Shown here piece after piece: positions 50,968-63,304 of a stretch of DNA of 64,000 nucleotides. The notes under the pieces are model-generated. The model saw nothing but the letters and a program-made list of their open reading frames with translations, had not been told where the DNA came from and searched no databases. The stretch is from NCBI GenBank assembly GCA_963745835.1, contig CAVUZH010000014.1, positions 480,001 to 544,000 of the forward strand, read 5' to 3'. A program made the translations under genes and the position numbers. Every line of letters begins with the position of its first letter. The stretch's first letter is position 1. Origin of the DNA: an uncultured delta proteobacterium (GTDB lineage: Bacteria; Desulfobacterota; Binatia; UBA9968).

Positions 50968-51492
50968 TTATTTCGGACTCTGTCTTCGATAGATACGGAC
51001 CCATAGATCGTAAAGAGCCGGCACTCCCAATTCTTCCGCGACTTTCTTACCGCTTAAGAGTTCATACTCGAACGTCAGCTTTTGATCTTCCTTGGTAAGC
51101 TGTAACAGCCTTCCGTTCTTATGATCGACGAGCGCGCCGACCACTCGCAGCATTTGCGAGACAGAGTGAATGTCCGGAGTTAGATTAGGGTTGCGCCGGC
51201 GTGATTGCCCTTCTCGCTCGAGCCTGTCAATGTCAGCCGGGGTCATGCGCCACTCCAGAATACCGCTCGCCAACTTCAACGCTCCTTCCTTGTCTTGCGG
51301 TCGAGTATGCGTTACCTGCCATTCAGCGAGAAGAGCTTTCTCACGTGGTGTGATCTGCTTCCGTCCCGGAGTTTTGTCACGCACCACCAAATCCTCGTTC
51401 TCGACGGACAGAGAGAACGATTCAATGCGCAGCGCCTCGAGCAGTTGCCCCACAGGGCGAAGTAAAAGAGCGTAAACTGTTTGGTCAGCCAT
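50968..51492 (-). CDS. Hypothetical protein, paralog of 50345-50863
   Basis: Aligns end to end with its neighbour. Confidence 0.8.
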   Translation of the reverse strand: MADQTVYALLLRPVGQLLEALRIESFSLSVENEDLVVRDKTPGRKQITPREKALLAEWQVTHTRPQDKEGALKLASGILEWRMTPADIDRLEREGQSRRRNPNLTPDIHSVSQMLRVVGALVDHKNGRLLQLTKEDQKLTFEYELLSGKKVAEELGVPALYDLWVRIYRRQSPK

Positions 51493-51654
51493 GGGTACCA
51501 AGTATCATTTCTTAATTGCCATTGCCGGTAGAGAAAAAACTGATTTTTTTGCCTATTCTACAATTATAAACCGACGCATAAACTTGCTTATGTACGTGTG
51601 GCCTTGTTGTAAGTCAAGAAAGATCTGCTCGGATAGCCACTGCATTTGCCGGCG

Positions 51655-52836
51655 CTAGATCCTGCGGAAATTACTGCCCATTCGTTCACTACCTTGAATC
51701 TGCAATCCGCCTTTTGTCGACGAGGCACTTCCCTTTTCTAGCAACTTGTCGAGGGCATCGTCGCCGGTTAGACCCTCCAATTTGATCTTAAGGCGCAGGT
51801 TATTAGCGCTATCTGAATTCATCAAGGCTTGCTGGAGAGTGATTTTGTTTTCCTTGTATAGAGTGAACAGCGCTTGGTCGAACGTTTGGCAACCCTCCTG
51901 AATTCCCTGTTCCATGGCCTCTTTAAGGCTGTCGATGTCTCCTTGCTTAATCAGATCTTTAATCCGTGGGGTATCCATCATAATCTCAATTGCCGCCACC
52001 CGCGCTCCATCCACCGATGGAATTAAACGTTGCGAAATGACGGCGCGTAAACTCAAAGAAAGATGCATGAGAATCTGTGAGTGCCGGTCCGCCGGGTAAA
52101 AATTGAGGATACGTTCGAACGATTGATTGACGTTGGTTGAATGAAGCGTGCCCATACAAAGGTGACCGGTGTCGGCGAAAGTAATCGCCGCCTCCATGGA
52201 ATCATTGTCGCGGATCTCACCGATGAGGATGACATCGGGCGCTTGCCGAACTGCACGCTTGAGCGCGTCTCCAAAGGAATGGGTGTCAAACCCTAACTCT
52301 CTCTGGGTGACGATGCATCTTTTGTGAGGATGAACGAATTCGATCGGGTCTTCCACTGAGATGATGTGTCCCGGAGCGGATGAGTTACGATGATCGATCA
52401 TGGCAGCCAGGCTGGTGGATTTACCGGATCCGGTCGCGCCGACCACCAGGACCAAGCCGGCCTTTCTCATGACGATCTGTTTCAGTATCTGCGGCAGCTT
52501 TAATTCATCGATGGATCTGATCTCGAATCTGATTCTGCGAATTACCAGCGCGACGAAGCCACGCTGCCGCAAAACATTGACACGGAATCGGCTGAGATCA
52601 GGAATTGAAAGGACAAGGACTAAATCCATCTCTAGTTTTGCATTAAACTCCTGCCACTGTTTTTCGCTCATGACCGATTCCGCCAGCTTCTCCAGATCTG
52701 CCGGTGCAAATTCAACGTCCCCTATAGGTTGAACGATCCCCTCAATACGGTACATAGGAGGACTGCCAACGGTGAGATAAACGTCAGAAGCCTCCTTCTC
52801 CACCATCACCTGAAGTAATCTCTTAATCTCCATCAT
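51655..52836 (-). CDS. pilU: Type IV pilus retraction ATPase, PilU-like
   Basis: GATGSGKST, EDPIEF, RQAPDVILIGEIRD, TGHLCMGTLH, DSANNLRLKIKL. Confidence 0.92.
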   Translation of the reverse strand: MMEIKRLLQVMVEKEASDVYLTVGSPPMYRIEGIVQPIGDVEFAPADLEKLAESVMSEKQWQEFNAKLEMDLVLVLSIPDLSRFRVNVLRQRGFVALVIRRIRFEIRSIDELKLPQILKQIVMRKAGLVLVVGATGSGKSTSLAAMIDHRNSSAPGHIISVEDPIEFVHPHKRCIVTQRELGFDTHSFGDALKRAVRQAPDVILIGEIRDNDSMEAAITFADTGHLCMGTLHSTNVNQSFERILNFYPADRHSQILMHLSLSLRAVISQRLIPSVDGARVAAIEIMMDTPRIKDLIKQGDIDSLKEAMEQGIQEGCQTFDQALFTLYKENKITLQQALMNSDSANNLRLKIKLEGLTGDDALDKLLEKGSASSTKGGLQIQGSERMGSNFRRI

Positions 52837-52956
52837 CTTCCTCCAAAGGTCAACTTCTAACTCCTCGGTCAGTCATCGTTACAGACGCATCGGCGATGAG
52901 TGGATTTGCGCGAGGCCGCGAACCTCGCTATCACCGATAGTCATCTCGTTCGCTGT

Positions 52957-54133
52957 CTATCTTCCCTGGAGGCGAAATACATTACTAGCGCCCACGACAT
53001 CAGCTTTTGATTCTCCGCCGGATTCCGGATTTGCCTGCAACGGATTTCCTTCGACTGCGTCATCGGCAACTAGCCCGGCCATCTTAATCTTCAAGCGTAA
53101 ATTATTGGCGCTATCCGCATTGGCCAAAGCTTCCCCGATCGTAATCTTTCCTGCTTGATATAAAACGAGCAGTGCTTGATCGAATGTTTGACAACCTTCG
53201 CGAATTCCCTGCTCCATCGCTTCCTTAAGCGTGTCAATCTCGCCTTTTTTTATTAGATCCTTCATTCGCGGTGTATCCAAAAGAATCTCAATTGCCGCAA
53301 CGCGTCCACCGCCGACCGCGGGGAGTAGCCGTTGAGAAACGATAGCCCGCAAATTCAACGACAGTTGCAAGAGCACCTGCGAGTATCGCTCCGGCGGAAA
53401 AAAATTAAGTATCCGTTCGAATGACTGGTTAGCGTTGTTTGAGTGCAGAGTTCCGAAACATAGATGGCCGGTGTCGGCGAAAGTTATCGCAGCCTCCATA
53501 GTCTCGGAGGTACGAATCTCACCAATTAAGATAACGTCCGGCGCTTGTCGCATGGCATTTTCCAAGGCGCTCTGGAACGAGTTAGTGTCAAAGCCAACCT
53601 CGCGCTGGGTCACTACCGAATTCTTATGTTTGTGAACAAATTCAATCGGATCTTCCACGGTAATGATATGTCCCTCATCATTGCTGTTGCGCAGATCTAT
53701 CAGCGACGCCAAGGTGGTCGACTTACCCGAACCCGTCGCACCGACAACCAGCACCAGACCTCTTTTCAACATCGCTACGTCTCTCAATACTGGGCGGTAA
53801 GCCGAGCGTGTCAAAGGATGGGATGTCGACCTTGATTTTGCGAACAACGATTGCAATGGAGCCACGTTGACGCAAAACATTGACCCGAAAGCGGCTTATT
53901 TTCGGTAAAGATAGAGCGAGATTCAGTTCTTTCTTCTGCCTAAATTCCTCCCACTGTTCCTGATTCATGAACGATTTTGCCAGATCTTCGAGCGATTCAG
54001 GGGTAAAGGGTTCATGCTCGCTCGCCTGAACCTTACCGTTGACCCGATACATCGGAGGTCGAGCCACCGTAAGGTAAAGATCAGAGGAGTCTTTCTCCAC
54101 CATGGCCCTGAAATACTCTTCGAGATTCAACAC
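52957..54133 (-). CDS. pilU: Second PilU-like ATPase (frameshift near 53793)
   Basis: Track ORFs 53723-54133 and 52957-53880 join as GLPP/VLRDVAM when one C is removed; Walker A and Asp/His boxes intact. Confidence 0.88.
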
Positions 54134-54169
54134 TTCCTCACCTCACAAATGTGCGTCTGATTATTAAAC

Positions 54170-55237
54170 TCAGCGCGCCCCGGAAGCCGCGTTGACGGCG
54201 CCAAAAAGATTTGGATTCGAGCTGCGCGATTGAGCTTCATCCTTGGTCACCAGGCCACGAGCCACTATATCCAACAGCGCCATATCCATGGTCTGCATGC
54301 CGTCTTTTTTGCTCACCTGCATGGTCCCCGGCAACTGATGGATTTTACCCTCCCGAATGAGGTTGCGAACTGCCGTGGTGCCAATCATGATCTCCAGCGC
54401 TGGCACCCTGCCGCTGGCGCCCTTCTTCTTCAACAGCGTCTGAGTGATCACCGCCTCTATGGATTCGGCAAATTGCGCGCGGATTTGAGCTTGCTGGTTG
54501 GGCGGAAACACGTCGATGACTCGATCGACGGTTTTGGGCGCGCTGGAGGTGTGCAGAGTGGCAAATACCAAATGACCGGTTTCGGCAGCAGTCAGCGCGA
54601 GTTGAATAGTTTCCAGGTCGCGCAATTCTCCGACTAGGATGATATCGGGATCTTCACGGAGCGCCGCTCTGAGAGCATTAGCAAACGAGTGTGTATGAGG
54701 ACCTAATTCGCGTTGGTTCACGAGACATTTCTTCGATGGGTGCACAAACTCGATAGGATCCTCCACAGTAAGAATATGACCCTCAAAACCGTTATTCAGG
54801 TAGTCGATCATCGCCGCCAGTGTCGTGGATTTTCCGGATCCGGTCGGCCCCGTGACTAGGATCAGCCCTTTCTCCTTCTCACAGAGTTGCTTTAGTATGG
54901 GAGGCATTCCCAATTCTTCCAGAGTGAAAACTTTCGTCGGTATGGTCCGAAAAACCGCTGCTTCTCCTTTTCGCTGTAAGAAGACATTTACGCGGAATCG
55001 CGCGATTTCACGCAGTTCAAAGGAAAAGTCGCACTCTCGAGTTTCCTCAAATTTTTTGCGCTGCGAGTCAGTCATGACGTCGAACACTAGATTGTGCACT
55101 TCCTCTTGCGACAAGGGCGGGTAATCCAGTTTTTTTAAGTCTCCGTGCACGCGAAGCATCGGCGGCTCACCCGCGCTCAGATGGCAATCTGACGCTCCCT
55201 GTTCAACGCCAAAGGCCAAAAGTTGCGTAACATCCAT
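54170..55237 (-). CDS. pilT: Type IV pilus twitching motility ATPase PilT
   Basis: GPTGSGKST, ALREDPDIILVGELRD, AAETGHLVFATLH, AVRNLIRE, GMQT. Confidence 0.96.
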   Translation of the reverse strand: MDVTQLLAFGVEQGASDCHLSAGEPPMLRVHGDLKKLDYPPLSQEEVHNLVFDVMTDSQRKKFEETRECDFSFELREIARFRVNVFLQRKGEAAVFRTIPTKVFTLEELGMPPILKQLCEKEKGLILVTGPTGSGKSTTLAAMIDYLNNGFEGHILTVEDPIEFVHPSKKCLVNQRELGPHTHSFANALRAALREDPDIILVGELRDLETIQLALTAAETGHLVFATLHTSSAPKTVDRVIDVFPPNQQAQIRAQFAESIEAVITQTLLKKKGASGRVPALEIMIGTTAVRNLIREGKIHQLPGTMQVSKKDGMQTMDMALLDIVARGLVTKDEAQSRSSNPNLFGAVNAASGAR

Positions 55238-56103
55238 AAACTATTAACTCCTAGCTCGGCTTTGAAACGCTCGCTAATATCAAGAAGGGCAACTTGAGGT
55301 CCGAGTAAAATCAACTACCGCTGTACTAAGCCGAGCAATAACAATACCAGCTATGGGACAGCGTCGGCCGCGCTTATTCCTTATTTGTGCTTTTTTGTGA
55401 TGATAGGTAGTTATCAGTGACCTTTGGTAGGTCTCTCGCTTATGTTGAACGATACAGTTGCCAGGGCAACTGGCGGCGGCATCGGTATCGGTTAAGCCAT
55501 CGGTGTACAATTTGCCAAAAACGGGTCCAAAGTTGCACTTGCCTTCCGAACCCGGCTCACTTGAATCCGGTCGCAGATTTAAGCGCGGTCGGGATGAAGT
55601 ATCTTTTCGCAGGTGGAAGTCCGAAGCAAAAATGAAATATGAAAAGATATTCTCCTGCTCAGGAATAGGCATGGCGCGGCATCCATATCCTTGTAAACAA
55701 AGCCGCGACTTCGGCTTAAGCATGATCGAAGATGCCGATGATTCAACGGGGTATAAACTGTTGACCTAGCGAATAGTTGTAGCTCGTCACCAAAGAGGTA
55801 CGCATATACCCCATAAATCCGGCGGGCGCATGATCAACATTCCTCGGTGGTAGGAAAATTCGGCCTGCCTGAATACCAGACAGTACCAACACTACCAACA
55901 AGCATAATCGGCCTCACCCGTGCCCGGGCTCAACTGGCCCGTGGCATTACCGTTGAGCCGATCGATATCTGTGGCAGCCAAAAAATTTTGTGAAGAGAAC
56001 CAGCCGTGTCCCGACTAAGACGACCTCGCGCCATTTACAATGCGTTTGTGTTATGGTTTGCAGAAAAGAGGATTTTCTGCTGCCAACCTGTTAGAGATAA
56101 TTC

Positions 56104-57636
56104 GTGAGTAATCAAACAATTCGAGTTCGCAATCCAGCAACTATGGAATTTGTCGGCGAATTGCCGATTGACTCGGCGGCTGAGGTCGCCGCCGCCACTG
56201 CCCGCGCGCGCCAAGCGCAGGCTGAATGGCAGGCCAAAAGTTTCGAAGATAGAGCCAAAGCACTGCGGCGCTTTCGCGACTTACTCATCGACGAACAAGA
56301 GCGACTTGCCGATATCGTTACAGCCGAAACCGGCAAGCCCCGCGGTGACGTGTTTGGCAACGAGCTTTTTTACCTCTGCGATACTATAGGCTTCTGGACC
56401 AAGAGTGCGGAGAAGTGGCTGAAGCAGCGTAAGATCCGGCCACATCTCTTCAAAGTGAAGAAGGTTCTCTCGACCTATCAGCCGTTGGGTTTGATCGGAA
56501 TCATCAGCCCATGGAACTTTCCACTAGTCTTAACCGCCGGCGATGCGGTGCCTGCGTTGATGGCAGGCAACGCGGTGATCATCAAGCCATCAGAGCTAAC
56601 GCCCTTCACCGCTCTATTCGTGGCCGAGTTGGCGCAAAAAACGGGTTTTCCGGACAATCTCCTGCAGGTCGTGATCGGTGGCGCGGAGACAGGTGAAGCC
56701 CTAATCGACAATGCCGACATGATCTCCTTCACCGGCAGCGTGGAGGTCGGTAAACATGTTATGCGTCGCGCCGCCGACCGCTTGATCCCGATCTCGCTGG
56801 AGCTCGGTGGTAAAGATCCGATGATCGTCCTAAAAGACGCCGATCTTGAACGTGCCGCCAATGTCTGTGTCTGGGGCGCTTTGATGAATTGCGGCCAAGT
56901 CTGCACATCCATTGAACGGGTTTACGTCGAGGAGCCGATCTATCAAACGTTTGTGGGGAAAGTCGTCGACCGCGTCAAGCAGTTGCGTCAAGGTTCCAGC
57001 GGTGAAGAAGTCGAACTTGGCAGTATGAGTTCAGAAGAACAACTGAAAAAAGTCGTTGCGCAAGTCGAAGATGCGATCGATAAAGGCGCGACGGTCCTCA
57101 CCGGCGGACGAGCTAATCCGAGTTTTCGGGGCCTTTATTACGAGCCGACTGTGCTGGTCAACGTCACCCACGATATGAGCATCATACAGGATGAAACATT
57201 CGGTCCCGTGATCCCAATCATGAAAGTTGCCAATGCCGATGAGGCCGTCAGGCTCGCTAATGACTCCCGGTACGGGCTGGACGCGATTGTATTTAGTCGC
57301 GACAGAGTTAAAGCCAGGCAAATGGCACAACGTCTTTACACCGGGACGGTGTGTATCAACGACGGTTTGGTCAATTATATCATCCCGGAGGCTCCCATGG
57401 GCGGGGTCAAGGACAGTGGTTTCAGCCGACGTCACGGTCCCGAAGGCATCCGCAAGTACTGCTATCAGAAAACAATCGTGATCGACCGCTTCGGATTGAA
57501 AAAAGAGATGCCCTGGTTTCCATCTAGCCGTAAAAAGACCGCGCAGATGCGTCGCATGATCAGTTTGCTGTGGCGGTCGGGCTGGAGAAAGAAACTTGCT
57601 CGGCCGGGCGACTCCTCCAGTAAACCTAACCCTTGA
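56104..57636 (+). CDS. Aldehyde dehydrogenase family protein
   Basis: ISPWNFP, KPSE, FTGS, LELGGK, GQVC, ETFGP. Confidence 0.95.
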   Translation: MSNQTIRVRNPATMEFVGELPIDSAAEVAAATARARQAQAEWQAKSFEDRAKALRRFRDLLIDEQERLADIVTAETGKPRGDVFGNELFYLCDTIGFWTKSAEKWLKQRKIRPHLFKVKKVLSTYQPLGLIGIISPWNFPLVLTAGDAVPALMAGNAVIIKPSELTPFTALFVAELAQKTGFPDNLLQVVIGGAETGEALIDNADMISFTGSVEVGKHVMRRAADRLIPISLELGGKDPMIVLKDADLERAANVCVWGALMNCGQVCTSIERVYVEEPIYQTFVGKVVDRVKQLRQGSSGEEVELGSMSSEEQLKKVVAQVEDAIDKGATVLTGGRANPSFRGLYYEPTVLVNVTHDMSIIQDETFGPVIPIMKVANADEAVRLANDSRYGLDAIVFSRDRVKARQMAQRLYTGTVCINDGLVNYIIPEAPMGGVKDSGFSRRHGPEGIRKYCYQKTIVIDRFGLKKEMPWFPSSRKKTAQMRRMISLLWRSGWRKKLARPGDSSSKPNP

Positions 57637-57696
57637 AGTACCCCGGCGATTCGACTAAGTAATAGAATATTTCCCAACATAGGACAGGAGAAATGC

Positions 57697-59079
57697 ATGG
57701 CTAAGGATTTACCAAGCTTTATCGCGCAAGAGGGGGCCAAACGTGAAGGGGCCGTCATTCGCGAGAAAAACTTTGTTGACGCCAATAATTATGAAACCGT
57801 CGCCTATCTAAAACACCTTGACGTGCGCAATGAGCCGAAGATGGTTTTGTTTGAAAACGTGCCGGCGCTCAACGGTCAGAAATCTGAGTTCCCGATGTTC
57901 TATAACCCGTGGGTTACGCGCCAATACGTCGCCGACTCGCTGGACATGGGCGACATCGAATCGCCCATGGACGTCAGTCTCGAAGTGGCGAAACTCGAAC
58001 AGCAGCAGGGTAAGGTAGAGATTATCAGCTCGGCTAAGGCGCCGGTCAAAGAAGTTGTTCTAACGGGTGACAAGGCCGATCTGCGCATTCTCCCCATGCC
58101 CATGCATCAAAAAGGTGACGCGGGTCCTTACCACACGATGACCTGCGCGATGAAGGGACTAAATAGCGAGTTTTACGATATCACATTCACAAAGAATAAG
58201 TTTCACGATCCGAAGCATATGAGTTTCTCCGCGCACAAACACCACCACCTAGAAGCGATGGCCTGCGAATATGAGGAGCAAAACCTTCGCGCGCCTGTAA
58301 TCGTTATTTTGGGACATCACCCCGCGTTCTATCTCTCGTCCTGTGCCATGACGGCGATGGGAAATAATGATTACCTCACCGCGTCAGCGTTTTTGCGGGA
58401 GCCGCTACGCCTGACGCCGTCCACAACCTGGGGTGATGAATTTATGGTGCCAGCGGATGCTGAGATCATCATTGAAGGAGAAATCCTTCCTGGCGTGCGA
58501 AAACCACAAAACCCATTTGGCGAAATTCTCGGTTACGCACAACCGAAAATGGACGTACCCGTAATAGAGGTCACCGCAATCACCCACCGGCGCGGCGGTA
58601 TTGTCGAAGACTTCTGGCCTGGGCATATGGACCACTGGAATCTCGGCAGCATTCCCAAAGAAGGCAGCACTTACAACGTCATCAAGAAAAATGTTCCTGG
58701 TATAAAAGCAATCCATCTCGCGGCTTCGGGCTGCGGCCGTTGCATTTGCTACATATCCATCAAGAAAGAGTTCGAGAATGAACCGAACAAGGCCGGCATG
58801 CAGGCATTTGTCGAAATGCCGAACTTGAAACTCGCCGTAATTGTCGACGAAGACATCGACGTCTTTAACGAACGCGAAGTCATGTGGGCCGTCGCCACTC
58901 GCGTGCACTGGGACAAAGATATCGAGATCATCCGTGAGGTCCAAAGTTTTCGTGGCTGGCTGGGCGATGCAGTGGCGATTATCGACGCGACCATACCTTT
59001 TAAACAAAAAGCAGAATGGCCCGTGCGCAACGAAGTGGAACCGGCGGCGTTCGAGCGTGTTGCCAGGTTCTTCAAATAA
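57697..59079 (+). CDS. UbiD family protein with atypical catalytic motif
   Basis: VPADAEIIIEG, PFGE, VDEDIDVF...VMWAVATR, IDAT; EGPFGE appears as QNPFGE. Confidence 0.88.
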   Translation: MAKDLPSFIAQEGAKREGAVIREKNFVDANNYETVAYLKHLDVRNEPKMVLFENVPALNGQKSEFPMFYNPWVTRQYVADSLDMGDIESPMDVSLEVAKLEQQQGKVEIISSAKAPVKEVVLTGDKADLRILPMPMHQKGDAGPYHTMTCAMKGLNSEFYDITFTKNKFHDPKHMSFSAHKHHHLEAMACEYEEQNLRAPVIVILGHHPAFYLSSCAMTAMGNNDYLTASAFLREPLRLTPSTTWGDEFMVPADAEIIIEGEILPGVRKPQNPFGEILGYAQPKMDVPVIEVTAITHRRGGIVEDFWPGHMDHWNLGSIPKEGSTYNVIKKNVPGIKAIHLAASGCGRCICYISIKKEFENEPNKAGMQAFVEMPNLKLAVIVDEDIDVFNEREVMWAVATRVHWDKDIEIIREVQSFRGWLGDAVAIIDATIPFKQKAEWPVRNEVEPAAFERVARFFK

Positions 59080-59094
59080 ACCACGGAATAGATC

Positions 59095-59442
59095 ATGGCC
59101 GAGAAGCTGAGATTCATCTATAAGGCGACCTGAACGACCTGTCGGAAAGCAAGAAGTTTCTTGCAATCAAACAAAGTAGATTTCGAAGAGCGCGAGTACG
59201 GTAAGAACCAGTTCTCTGAGAAGGAATTGCGTGAAATAATCGGAGATGAGCCCGTCGAAAACTTCTTGAACACGCGAACTCCTCTATACCGCGCAAAAAA
59301 CATGAAACAAAAACCTCCGTCCAAGGATGACGCCATCAGACTCATGTTAAAAGACGCAAATCTATTAAAGCGTCCCGTCTTTATAAAAGGAAAAAAGAAG
59401 CTGACCGGCTTCAACGAAACTCAAGTTAAGGAACTTTTGTAG
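59095..59442 (+). CDS. ArsC/Spx family selenoprotein (UxxC; TGA 59131-59133 read as Sec)
   Basis: [25 protein letters not shown]...LLKRPV...GF; TGA occupies the first Cys of the family CxTCRKA motif; hairpin follows. Confidence 0.88.
59134..59164 (+). promoter_or_regulatory. Bacterial SECIS-like element
   Basis: 15 nt after the UGA: GCAAGAA-GT-TTCTTGC stem with apical GU (59149-59164). Confidence 0.75.
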
Positions 59443-59519
59443 CCAGTTTGGGCGACGATGTGACGCCGCTCGGTCCTCATCCTGCGTCTCCGTCCACAAA
59501 AGCGAGTGAGCCTATTTCG

Positions 59520-60392
59520 ATGATCGAAGAAGCTCTTCCCGGTTTGCGTCTGTTCAACAGAGGCAAAGTACGCGACATCTATGACTTAGGCGACAACCTC
59601 TTGTTAGTCGCCACTGATCGCATCTCGGCGTTTGACGTCGTGTTGCCCACATTAATCCCCGGCAAGGGCAAAATTTTGACCGCCCTGTCAGAATTCTGGT
59701 TCGGCATAGTAAAAGACATCACTCCTAATCATCTCATTACGACCTGTGTCGACGAGTTCCCCGCCGCGTGCCTTCCATATCGAGCGACATTGGAGGGCCG
59801 ATCGATGCTGGTCAAAAAGAGCTCGCCGGCTCCGGTAGAATGTATCGTGCGTGGCTACCTGGCAGGATCCGGCTGGAAAGACTACCAGAATACCGGCAGC
59901 GTGTGCGGTATCCGGCTTCCTAAAGGCTTAGTGGAAGCATCGCGCCTGGAGCAACCGATCTTTACGCCATCGACTAAAGCTACGATCGGCGTGCATGATG
60001 TCAATATCGCCTTCGACGACATGCTGACAAAACTCGGTAAAAAAAGAGCAGAGGCGATGCGGGACTTAAGCATTGCGATTTACAATCGGGCGAGCGCGTT
60101 GGCCGAGCAAAAAGGGATCATTATCGCTGATACCAAATTCGAATTCGGCCTCGAAGCCGATCAGGTAATCCTCATTGACGAAGTCCTTACTCCGGACTCG
60201 TCTCGCTTTTGGCCGGCGGGTGGATACCGACCGGGCAAAACGCCTGATAGCTTTGATAAACAATTTGTCCGCGATTATCTGCTCAATCTACCTTGGGACA
60301 TGAAGTCGCCGCCGCCGGAATTACCGCCGGAGATCGTTAAGAAAACTCAGGATAAGTATGCTGAGGCTTTGAAACGGCTTACCGCAGCGTGA
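59520..60392 (+). CDS. purC: Phosphoribosylaminoimidazolesuccinocarboxamide (SAICAR) synthase
   Basis: [48 protein letters not shown]. Confidence 0.96.
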   Translation: MIEEALPGLRLFNRGKVRDIYDLGDNLLLVATDRISAFDVVLPTLIPGKGKILTALSEFWFGIVKDITPNHLITTCVDEFPAACLPYRATLEGRSMLVKKSSPAPVECIVRGYLAGSGWKDYQNTGSVCGIRLPKGLVEASRLEQPIFTPSTKATIGVHDVNIAFDDMLTKLGKKRAEAMRDLSIAIYNRASALAEQKGIIIADTKFEFGLEADQVILIDEVLTPDSSRFWPAGGYRPGKTPDSFDKQFVRDYLLNLPWDMKSPPPELPPEIVKKTQDKYAEALKRLTAA

Positions 60393-60659
60393 CCTGTACG
60401 CCGAATTCGAGCTTCCCTCCTTCGCAACTAACAATACTCGATCGCTTGGCCATCTCACAATTCCCGGCTTGCCATGCTGCGTTATTTTTTCGTAACTAGT
60501 ATCAGGGTTGCGATCTTCTGCGGAAGGAAATTCGCTGCGGCACTTCAACTCTTTACCCGGCGTCCGGAAGCGGAGCGCGTTTCTGAAGGGCTTGCGCCGC
60601 ACTCTTGTCATCGAGCCACAGAAACGATCCGTGATCGGCTCCCAGTGACTGCAGCGAGC

Positions 60660-61190
60660 TTATTTCCGAGATGCTCGTTTCGAGTTGAGCTGAATTTGCG
60701 CGATCGCCTGGGTAACGAGCGCGGTGCCCCTTCCGGAATCAATGTCGTGCGGGATATGTAAAAACCCAAACCTGACGTCCTGTCCGCTGCGGCTGATGTA
60801 TTCCAGCATGACGTACATCGAATAGTTGCAGACGTAGTCGCCGGCAGTATCGGAATGACCAACCTTCGGGCCAAGGTTGATGTCGAGAGTTGTCGGTAGA
60901 AATTCTGCGCCCGATTTACGAATTGGTTTGGCCGGACCCATGTCGCTAGTTTGCTTGCGGTTTATTGCTCTGGATTCGACCTCAATTCGATCTCGTGTGC
61001 ATTGCCCTAGGCCGATGACATGATCGGGTTTATGCAGCTCGAGCACGTCGATAAACTGTTGCCGGTTAAAGCGCACCGGAAAAACCGCCGTTCTGAGTCC
61101 GGGAAAGGGCGACAGAGCTTTGATGATCGTCTCAGTGATGTTGTTGCGGAATTCTCGATAAGGTCCGAAGCCATAGACGAGGACAGGCAT
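60660..61190 (-). CDS. pcp: Pyroglutamyl-peptidase I
   Basis: VLVYGFGPY, VESRAIN, AGDYVCN, FLHIP (Glu-Cys-His triad). Confidence 0.88.
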   Translation of the reverse strand: MPVLVYGFGPYREFRNNITETIIKALSPFPGLRTAVFPVRFNRQQFIDVLELHKPDHVIGLGQCTRDRIEVESRAINRKQTSDMGPAKPIRKSGAEFLPTTLDINLGPKVGHSDTAGDYVCNYSMYVMLEYISRSGQDVRFGFLHIPHDIDSGRGTALVTQAIAQIQLNSKRASRK

Positions 61191-61299
61191 AGCTCAATCC
61201 TATGAGATGCTTTGACAGCGCTCTATACATATCAAGGCCAAAAAAAACTGGCCGGCAATTGGCCGGCCAGTCGTTCGCAACCAATCAAGAGCGTTGTGC

Positions 61300-63291
<1,992 letters not shown>

Positions 63292-63304
63292 CTATAATCG
63301 ATTC

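Noticed and set aside
55400-55600. c-di-GMP/cGAMP (GEMM) riboswitch upstream of pilT
   Set aside because: A GGCAAA is present but there is no GAAA tetraloop, GACGCAAAGC or second hairpin.
60393-60659. Possible gene remnant between purC and pcp
   Set aside because: Only a vague protein-like stretch with no start, RBS or diagnostic motif.
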